DNA from: an uncultured Bacteroides sp.
Lineage (GTDB): Bacteria; Bacteroidota; Bacteroidia; Bacteroidales; Muribaculaceae
Direction of reading: 5' to 3'
DNA: 64,000 nt
Assembly: GCA_964384885.1 (NCBI GenBank)
Contig: CAYLMR010000002.1
Location: forward strand, 10,137-74,136
Part shown: positions 57,264 through 64,000 of the stretch, piece by piece
Layout of the letters: each line of letters opens with the position of its first letter
How positions within the stretch are numbered: position 1 is the stretch's first letter
Made by a program: the position numbers and the translations under genes
Notes under the pieces: model-generated
What the model was told of the DNA's origin: nothing
The model's database searches: none
Seen by the model: only the letters and a program-made list of their open reading frames with translations

Positions 57264-58579
57264 ATCTTTCCTGATCTGAATAAAAGTTTGTAGTAATAAT
57301 AGATGATGTTGATGCGGGCGTTGACAAGCTGCTGCTCGGCGTCGAGCTTTGAGTTGGCCGCGTCGAGCATATCGGTTATCAGCGCCATATCCGAACTATA
57401 GCGGGTGGCGGTGACGGAATAGTTCCGACAGGCAAGCTCAACGCTCTTGGTGCGTGTCTTGAGCTCCTCATAAGCTTCGAGATATTTCACATAGTCTGAC
57501 CTGATGGCGAGTCCGGTGTTTTCGATGGCAGCTTCGAGTTGGTCAGAGGCATTGATGACCGCCTCGCGGCTGCGGGCCACCGACTTGTTGGACTTGAAGA
57601 GTGACGAGAGACTGTAGCTAACCCCCACGCCCACATACCAGTAGCTTAGATTGCGGTTGATCGGCGGCACTTCCACGAGTATCGGTCCGTCGATGTTCCA
57701 ACCCGCCTGAAGCCCCACTTTGGGCAGCATCTCCGACCTGGCGAGTTTCTCGGCCTGAAGGCTCATCTCGACCCCGTTGCGGGCCAGCTTGACTGACGGC
57801 GAATTGCTTACCGCCTCCTCAACCCACAGGTCGGCGCCTCCGTCGGGCAGCGACCTCATGAGAATGGTGGTGTCAGGCTCCACGACTGTCTGCTCGGGCA
57901 GACCGGCGATAGTCACCAGATTGTCATTGAGGATATTGACGGTGTTGTTGATTCTGATGAGTTCGAGCTCGAGATTGGAGACGAGCAGCTCATAGCGGGT
58001 GATGTCGTTGCGCAGGGCCATTCCCTCCTCAAACCTGTGGTTCATATCTTCGAGCACCTTGCGCGCCTGCTTGAGATTCTGCTCCACCACCCGGCGCAAA
58101 TTGGAATATTTATAGATGTCGAGATAGAAGCCGGTGAGCTGAAAGCGGAGGTCGTCGCGCTGAAGCTCGGCGGAATAGCGCGAGGCCGTGAGCTTCAGCT
58201 TGGCGAGGTCGATGCCTGCCGTGATGGCGCCGCCGGTATATACGGGCTGATTTACGCTCACGCTCAGTGCGTTACCATAATGGGGAATAGGCGCCTTCTG
58301 ATAGTCGGAGAAATTGCGCTTGGTGGTAAAGCCGTCGCCTATATAGTTTAGCGACAGAGCGGTGGAGATGTCGGGCAGACGCTTTGAGCGCGCCTCGTCG
58401 ACGCCTTTGCGCGCCTCGGCCTTAGCTGAAAACACCGGGCGAAGCTGCATACTTTTCTCCTCGGCAATCTCAAAGAGCTGCTCAAGGGTGTAAAGCTCAC
58501 CCGCCGGAGAGGCGGCATGGCTCCAACTGCTCAACAGAGTTGCTGCAAGCAACCCCGTGAGCAATCTGTGATTGTTCAT
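57260..58579 (-). CDS. TolC-family outer-membrane efflux protein
   Basis: Start MNNHR; LP, QPVYTGG, alternating helical and beta repeats, C-terminal YYKLL..SG. Confidence 0.9.
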   Translation of the reverse strand: MNNHRLLTGLLAATLLSSWSHAASPAGELYTLEQLFEIAEEKSMQLRPVFSAKAEARKGVDEARSKRLPDISTALSLNYIGDGFTTKRNFSDYQKAPIPHYGNALSVSVNQPVYTGGAITAGIDLAKLKLTASRYSAELQRDDLRFQLTGFYLDIYKYSNLRRVVEQNLKQARKVLEDMNHRFEEGMALRNDITRYELLVSNLELELIRINNTVNILNDNLVTIAGLPEQTVVEPDTTILMRSLPDGGADLWVEEAVSNSPSVKLARNGVEMSLQAEKLARSEMLPKVGLQAGWNIDGPILVEVPPINRNLSYWYVGVGVSYSLSSLFKSNKSVARSREAVINASDQLEAAIENTGLAIRSDYVKYLEAYEELKTRTKSVELACRNYSVTATRYSSDMALITDMLDAANSKLDAEQQLVNARINIIYYYYKLLFRSGKI

Positions 58580-58679
58580 AAAAACTGAAAGTGGGGATAA
58601 GAAAATTAGAATGATAGATTTTATAGTCGTGTCGCGCACAGATGCGATAACTCAACGACACGACAACACTCACACACAC

Positions 58680-58772
58680 TCAGAGGCGGGGTGCTGTGCT
58701 CTTCCAATTTTCCTTAAAGGCGTAGTTCTGCACATGCGCTATCTCGGCGCAGGCATAAAGCGATAGAGTCAT
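58680..58772 (-). CDS. Candidate 30-aa leader peptide upstream of the efflux operon
   Basis: MTLSLYACAEIAHVQNYAFKENWKSTAPRL*, between a -7 box (TAATTTTG, 58802-58809) and a hairpin (58626-58664). Confidence 0.45.
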   Translation of the reverse strand: MTLSLYACAEIAHVQNYAFKENWKSTAPRL

Positions 58773-58855
58773 TTAACAACCGCTCTTTGTGAACGGCGCT
58801 GCAAAATTACAAAAACTTTTTTATAACAATCACCCTCCCGGGCGATAGAAGGGGC

Positions 58856-58899
58856 AAAAAAAGTTGCGGCACAACCTTGACGGGTCGTGTCGCAACTTT
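58856..58899 (-). terminator. Terminator after rubrerythrin
   Basis: AAAGTTGCGGCAC...GTGTCGCAACTTT with a T tract on the minus strand. Confidence 0.75.
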
Positions 58900-58925
58900 C
58901 AATAAATTTAACTTTCTAATAAAGA

Positions 58926-59510
58926 TCAGATGTCGAGATCAAGAGCACGGTAGTGCTGATAGGGGTGATCACAAGCGGGGCATTTTGTAGGAGGTTCGGT
59001 ACCTACATACTCAAATCCGCAAACCATACACTGCCATGTGATGGCGTGGTCACGTTTCCACACTGTGCCGTCCTTAACCTGCTGGAGCAGGGTTTTGAAG
59101 CGGGTTTCGTGACGTTTCTCAATTTCGGCGATAGCTCTGAAATGAGCGGCGATTTCGGGGAAGCCCTCTTTGTCGGCTACGGCAGCTGCATCAGTATAGG
59201 CAACAACACCTTCGGCCTGTTCCTCAGCTGCGGCGATAGAAAGGTTGGTGGCGGTGTCGCCGATAATGCCGGCGTCAACATCACCCATTTCTACGGTCAC
59301 CTTGCCGCCTTCAAGATACTTGAAGAAAATCTTGGCATGATGGAGCTCGTTGTCAGCGGTGTCTTCAAACACCTTCTGGATGGGGAAATAGTTTTCCTTC
59401 TTAGCCTGAGCTGCATAAAATGTATAGCGGGTGTAGGCTGTTGATTCAGCCAAATAAGATTTCACGAGGTTTTTTTCGGTCTCTGTGCCTTTGATACTTT
59501 TCTGTGCCAT
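58926..59510 (-). CDS. rbr: Rubrerythrin
   Basis: GT.TEKNL, ES.A..RY, NE.HHA, E..HE.RF, C-terminal CMVCG...CPACDH. Confidence 0.95.
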   Translation of the reverse strand: MAQKSIKGTETEKNLVKSYLAESTAYTRYTFYAAQAKKENYFPIQKVFEDTADNELHHAKIFFKYLEGGKVTVEMGDVDAGIIGDTATNLSIAAAEEQAEGVVAYTDAAAVADKEGFPEIAAHFRAIAEIEKRHETRFKTLLQQVKDGTVWKRDHAITWQCMVCGFEYVGTEPPTKCPACDHPYQHYRALDLDI

Positions 59511-59657
59511 AGTAATATTTTTAGATTTTGGTTATATCGGTTTTAGTTATGCCTGCCGGACTTTCCGACCTGCATCTATATAACATTCCCTGCCGCGGAA
59601 TAGTTTTAGCCGGGGGCCTGAATATTTCAATAAAAATTTCCGGTTATCCCGCTGAGG

Positions 59658-61010
59658 TCACGAAACCACTGATTGATAGCGGCGGGTGGTGCGCATGAAG
59701 TAGATGTAGAACAGCGCGCCGGCAAGGAAAAGCGACACCGAAAAGCTGAATACTATTCCCTTCAGCCCCATGCCGAAGGTAAAGGCAAAGAGATAGGTCG
59801 AAGGAATACCCACCAGAATGTAGCAAACAAATGCTATCCACAGCAGCGGCATCACGTTGGCGGTGCCTCTGAGGGCGTTGACAAAGTTGATCTGTGTGGC
59901 GTCGCCGAGCTGATAGGCGAGCAGCGGCACGAGCAATCCTATTGCCGAGGCGCTCACTACGGGGTCGTCGGTAAAGAGCCCCACCATGCCTTTCAGGCCG
60001 AAGATAAACACGAGTGATGAGATGGCGGTGAGGCAGAGAATCACCCTGTAGCCTCGGAAAGCTATAATTCTCATCGCTTTGCCGTCGTTGAGACCGGCAC
60101 TGTTGGCCACAAGCACCGACACTGCCGACGCCATGCTGTAGTATATGCAGAAACCTAAGGTGCTGATGGTGACGATAACCTGAAATGCGGCAAGGGCTAT
60201 CGAGCCGAGCCAGCCGGCCATGACGGCGCTGCCCGAAAATGCCCCGGTTTCAAACATCATCTGAAGCGACACCGGCCACGAGGTACTTGCCACAAGTTTG
60301 CAGCTCCGCGAGTTGAGGCGCGACTTTGAAAATCCCTCGCGGTAGGCTCTGTATCGCCTGCTGAACATAAAAACCGCCCCGATGGCCAGACAACACAATA
60401 TCCTTGACCCCAGGGTGGCGAGCCCGGCGCCTGTGAGACCCATCTCGGGACAGCTGAGATGTCCGTAGATCAGCAGCCAGTTGCCACCCACGTTTACCAG
60501 ATTGGAGCCGAGGGTGATCCACATGGGCATGGCGGTGTTGCGGATGCCGTAGCTCCATTGAGCCATCACATTAAAAAGCGCCACCGGCAGCAGCCCCGCC
60601 AGATAGGTGAGATAATATGGTCGGATGATCGGCAGCAGCTCCTCGGGCTGACCCAACGAGTCGATATTGAGATAGATAATCCACATTACCAGGGTGATCA
60701 GCAGCGCGACGGCAACATTGACCGCCACGCCGTTGCGCACCAGGGCGCCTATCCGGCTATGCTCGTTGCCCGAAAAGAGAGCGCCCACAAGGGGAGTGAG
60801 GCCATAGGCAAAGCCGAGCAATCCGAATATCGCCAGATTGAAAAGATTGTTGACAAAAGCGGCAGCGGCAAGGCTCAGGGTGGAATATTGCCCCACCATG
60901 ATGGTGTCGGCAAATCCCACCGCTATCATGCCCAGCTGGCCCACCAGAATAGGCAGGCCAAGCCGGATTATGCGCTTATAGCCGGGAATGTTGTTGGCCG
61001 GCGCGGTCAT
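59658..61010 (-). CDS. MATE family efflux transporter (NorM-like)
   Basis: LGLPILVGQ, FADTIMVG, LIYG...PEMG..GAG.AT, QMMFE, YQLGDA.Q. Confidence 0.9.
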   Translation of the reverse strand: MTAPANNIPGYKRIIRLGLPILVGQLGMIAVGFADTIMVGQYSTLSLAAAAFVNNLFNLAIFGLLGFAYGLTPLVGALFSGNEHSRIGALVRNGVAVNVAVALLITLVMWIIYLNIDSLGQPEELLPIIRPYYLTYLAGLLPVALFNVMAQWSYGIRNTAMPMWITLGSNLVNVGGNWLLIYGHLSCPEMGLTGAGLATLGSRILCCLAIGAVFMFSRRYRAYREGFSKSRLNSRSCKLVASTSWPVSLQMMFETGAFSGSAVMAGWLGSIALAAFQVIVTISTLGFCIYYSMASAVSVLVANSAGLNDGKAMRIIAFRGYRVILCLTAISSLVFIFGLKGMVGLFTDDPVVSASAIGLLVPLLAYQLGDATQINFVNALRGTANVMPLLWIAFVCYILVGIPSTYLFAFTFGMGLKGIVFSFSVSLFLAGALFYIYFMRTTRRYQSVVS

Positions 61011-61020
61011 GGGCGGAGTG

Positions 61021-61842
61021 TCAATATTGTTCGCTTGCTGAGGGGAAATCAACGGCTTTCACATCGTCGACATAGCGGCCGAGAGCCGAAGTGATATCCT
61101 CGGAGAGATTGGCGTAGTGGCGGAGGAATTTGGGTTTGAAACCGCTGTTCATGCCGAGCATATCCTGCACCACGAGTATCTGGCCGTCGACATCGCTGCC
61201 GGCGCCGATGCCGATCACCGGCACACTCACCTCGCGGGCCACACGGGCGGCAAGCGCCGAGGGGATTTTTTCGAGCACGATGGCAAATACGCCGAGCTCG
61301 TCAAGCATCTTCGCGTCGCTGATGAGCTTCTCGGCCTCGGCTTCCTCTTTGGCTCTCACGGCATAGGAGCCGAATTTGTTGATCGACTGGGGGGTGAGGC
61401 CGAGGTGGCCGCACACAGGTATTCCGGCCGAGAGAATCTTGGCGATGCTTTCCTTAATCTCCTCGCCACCTTCGATTTTTACACCCTCGGCTCCGGTTTC
61501 CTTCATCACACGGATGGCTGAGGCGAGAGCCACGTCGGCATTGCCCTGATAGGTGCCGAAAGGGAGGTCCATTATCACGAAAGCGCGCTTCACTCCGCGA
61601 CACACACCCTTGGTGAAGGTGATCATTTCGTCGAGAGTGATGGGGAGAGTGGTGAGATTGCCCAACATAACGTTAGAGGCGGAATCACCCACAAGTATCA
61701 GGTCGATGCCGGCGGCGTCGACAAGTGAGGCAAATGTATAATCGTAGGAGGTGAGACAGGCAATTTTCTCGCCGCGCTGCTTCATTTCGAGCAGTGAGGC
61801 GGTGGTTACCTTTGATTTCTTAACTTCTGAATAGGTTGACAT
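61021..61842 (-). CDS. panB: 3-methyl-2-oxobutanoate hydroxymethyltransferase
   Basis: LTSYDY, ILVGDS, DLPFG, VKIEGG, GHLGLTPQS, IGIGAG..VDGQILV. Confidence 0.97.
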   Translation of the reverse strand: MSTYSEVKKSKVTTASLLEMKQRGEKIACLTSYDYTFASLVDAAGIDLILVGDSASNVMLGNLTTLPITLDEMITFTKGVCRGVKRAFVIMDLPFGTYQGNADVALASAIRVMKETGAEGVKIEGGEEIKESIAKILSAGIPVCGHLGLTPQSINKFGSYAVRAKEEAEAEKLISDAKMLDELGVFAIVLEKIPSALAARVAREVSVPVIGIGAGSDVDGQILVVQDMLGMNSGFKPKFLRHYANLSEDITSALGRYVDDVKAVDFPSASEQY

Positions 61843-61979
61843 ATCTTGGTGTTTATCAAATATTTGCAGCTCTCACGCCTGGGCGGGAGCATATATTCGG
61901 GCGCAAAATTACCAACTTTTTGCGACACAAGCCAATATTCCAAACCTATTTTCTCAAATCACCCACCTCGCCATTGGAG

Positions 61980-63338
61980 TCAGATCAGGCCGATCGAGTT
62001 GAGAAAGATGAGCGAAATGCCGATGGGAGCTACATAGCGCAGGCACACTATCAGAGTGCCTTTCATGCGGCTGCTGTCCTGACCGTGGTTGGTGAGCTCG
62101 TCGTCGATAAACTTGCGATTGAGTTTCCACCCAACGAAAAACGACACCACCAGTCCGCCGAAGGGGAGCAGGATGTTTGACGAAACATAGTCAAAGAGGT
62201 TGAACACCGTCATTCCGAAGATAGTGAAGCCCGACAGGGGGCCGAAGCTGAGGGCACACAGCGAGCCGAATATCAGCGCCAGCACGGTGTTGAGTATTGT
62301 GGCAGAGGAGCGCTTCATGTTGAGCTGCTCCACAAAGAAAGCTATCGAAATCTCGCTCATCGAGATGGTTGAGGTGAGGCTGGCCAAAACGAGGAGGAAG
62401 AAAAAGAGCGAGCTCCACACCCTGCCGAAGGCAAGATTATTGAATATCGAGGGCAACACCTCAAACACCAGAGTCGGGCCGGCAGTCGGGCTCATGCCGA
62501 AGGTAAACACGGCGGGAAAGATTATCACGCCCGCAAGTATGGCTACCAAAGTGTCGAGGCCGGCAGTGGTCACGGCGGTGCGACCTATGCGGGTGCGCGG
62601 GCTGAAATAGGAGCCATAGGTGAGCATACATCCCAACCCGAGGCTGAGAGAGAAGAAAGCCTGACCCATCGCTGCGAGGAGCACCTTTGAATTGATCTGC
62701 GAGAAATCGGGGCGGAAAAGAAACTCAAGTCCCTCTCTTGCGCCGCTCATGGTGAGCGAGTTGATGCAGAATACAACCAACAGCACGAAGAGCATCGGGG
62801 TGAGGAAGTTTGACACCCTCTCGATTCCTTTGGTCACTCCGCGGAGCAACACCACAAAGTTGGTCAGCAGGAATAGCCATGTCCATATCAGCGGACGCCA
62901 GGTGCCTTCGCTATATTCGGTAAACTTCTCATGCAGCTCGCCGGGCTGAGAGTCGATCAGGCCGCCCCTCACCGACTCGAAGAAGTATTCCACAGTCCAG
63001 CCGGCCACGACTGAATAGAAGCTGAGTATCATTATCGAGGCGATGATGCCGGTCACTCCCGCGAGATGCCACATGCTTCCTTTGGCCTGAGTGGCACGGT
63101 AGGCTCCAAACACATTCTTGCGGGTGCCGCGCCCGAGCATATATTCGGCACACAATACAGGCACCCCCAATATGAAGATAAAGAGAATGTAGAGCAACAG
63201 AAACGCGCCGCCGCCGTGAGTGCCCGCCTCATAGGGGAATCTCCAGATGTTGCCGAGCCCCACGGCCGAGCCTACGGTTGTGGCTACCGCGCCTATGCGG
63301 GTGGCGAAGACAGCCCTCTGAGTCTTTTTTTCAGACAT
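61980..63338 (-). CDS. Sodium-dependent (NSS/SNF family) amino acid transporter
   Basis: GSAVGLGNIWRFPY, GGGAF, GQAFFSLSLG, AG..IFP. Confidence 0.93.
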   Translation of the reverse strand: MSEKKTQRAVFATRIGAVATTVGSAVGLGNIWRFPYEAGTHGGGAFLLLYILFIFILGVPVLCAEYMLGRGTRKNVFGAYRATQAKGSMWHLAGVTGIIASIMILSFYSVVAGWTVEYFFESVRGGLIDSQPGELHEKFTEYSEGTWRPLIWTWLFLLTNFVVLLRGVTKGIERVSNFLTPMLFVLLVVFCINSLTMSGAREGLEFLFRPDFSQINSKVLLAAMGQAFFSLSLGLGCMLTYGSYFSPRTRIGRTAVTTAGLDTLVAILAGVIIFPAVFTFGMSPTAGPTLVFEVLPSIFNNLAFGRVWSSLFFFLLVLASLTSTISMSEISIAFFVEQLNMKRSSATILNTVLALIFGSLCALSFGPLSGFTIFGMTVFNLFDYVSSNILLPFGGLVVSFFVGWKLNRKFIDDELTNHGQDSSRMKGTLIVCLRYVAPIGISLIFLNSIGLI

Positions 63339-63387
63339 ATATTTTTCAGAAACTTTTTTAGCGGATTAATGATTGGTGGTTGTTGAG

Positions 63388-63690
63388 TCAGAATCTCTCT
63401 ACCGGCTCGTCGAGAGGATTGCGCACCGGGGCTTTCCTTGCGGGTTTGGTTGAGGACTTGCGGGCCTTCTTACGTTTGGGTCTGACAGTAGAGGCGGCTG
63501 TGGTGTCGGCCGGGGGAGTTTCGGAGACTGAGACCTCTGTCACGGTCGCGGCACTATCTTCCGCCTCGGGCAGGGGAGCGGGGCGGCTGACCTGCCACAC
63601 CCACATGGCAATCACCGCCACCGCCACAACAATGATGGCAGCGATCATGCCCGCGCGCTCCGACGATGTGACAGGGTTGCCGGTGTTCAT
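63388..63690 (-). CDS. Small single-TM hypothetical protein
   Basis: One TM helix, then an acidic/Thr region and a Lys/Arg-rich tail ending R.PLDEPV; fills the gap between co-oriented genes. Confidence 0.5.
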   Translation of the reverse strand: MNTGNPVTSSERAGMIAAIIVVAVAVIAMWVWQVSRPAPLPEAEDSAATVTEVSVSETPPADTTAASTVRPKRKKARKSSTKPARKAPVRNPLDEPVERF

Positions 63691-63703
63691 TGTTCCCTCC
63701 AGG

Positions 63704-64000
63704 TCAGATAAATGCCGACGCCAGCACTATCGCGATGAGGATAGGCGCGGGGTAGCGAATGATGATAAACATTATCCTGAACATTCTCGACCTCATGCGG
63801 CCGTCGTTGGTCATCTGGTCGAGAAGCAGATTTTTGGGTGCGAACCACCCCACATAGATGCAGAGGCCGATGGCCACGATGGGGAGCAGCAGGTTGGTGG
63901 CAAAGGTGTCGAGGAAGTCAAAGATATTCATCCCCAATATCTGAATATAGGAGAGAGGCCCCTGCGACAGGCAGCAGATTGATGAAAACACAAACAGCGG
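63704..64000 (-). CDS. C-terminal part of a second NSS/SNF transporter (truncated by the window edge)
   Basis: CCLS.GPLS...I.GM..FD..D...NLLLP......YVGW...RY.AP, paralogous to the C-terminus of 61980-63338. Confidence 0.85.
   Translation of the reverse strand, partial: PLFVFSSICCLSQGPLSYIQILGMNIFDFLDTFATNLLLPIVAIGLCIYVGWFAPKNLLLDQMTNDGRMRSRMFRIMFIIIRYPAPILIAIVLASAFI

Overview
A Bacteroidales chromosomal window. It has Bacteroidetes TAnnTTTG promoters and a T9SS-type cargo protein, and the gene content suggests a gut Muribaculaceae-like organism (inference). The standout is the first ~12.7 kb, a visibly more AT-rich block of ten co-oriented minus-strand genes. It is built around a 1022-aa tubulin/FtsZ-like GTPase (Tubulin_2/FtsZl1 type), with a polytopic membrane protein, a Zn-ribbon single-pass membrane protein and seven exported or lipoprotein partners (NTF2-like, TRL-like, DUF2135/YfaP-like). 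A consensus promoter drives it through a ~300-nt leader that can fold into mutually exclusive RNA structures. Next is a four-gene cluster: a stand-alone NRPS adenylation domain with no carrier protein, a GNAT acetyltransferase, an ArcD-like basic amino acid antiporter and an alpha/beta hydrolase. The rest is mostly housekeeping: GH125, tkt, MATE, a TPP-riboswitch thi operon (no thiC, fused double ThiE/TenI), a pheA-aminotransferase-DAHP synthase/CM-tyrA operon with an unannotated Phe/Tyr-rich attenuator peptide, priA, TetR-GLPGLI-beta-barrel, a large papain-like T9SS protease, glycosyltransferases, znuAC, rsgA, a DUF3791/DUF3990 cassette flanked by 19-bp direct repeats, a tripartite MFS efflux pump with a candidate leader peptide, rubrerythrin, panB and NSS transporters. 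No rRNA, tRNA, CRISPR array, integrase or transposase was seen. Family assignments come from motif recognition by eye; no searches were run.
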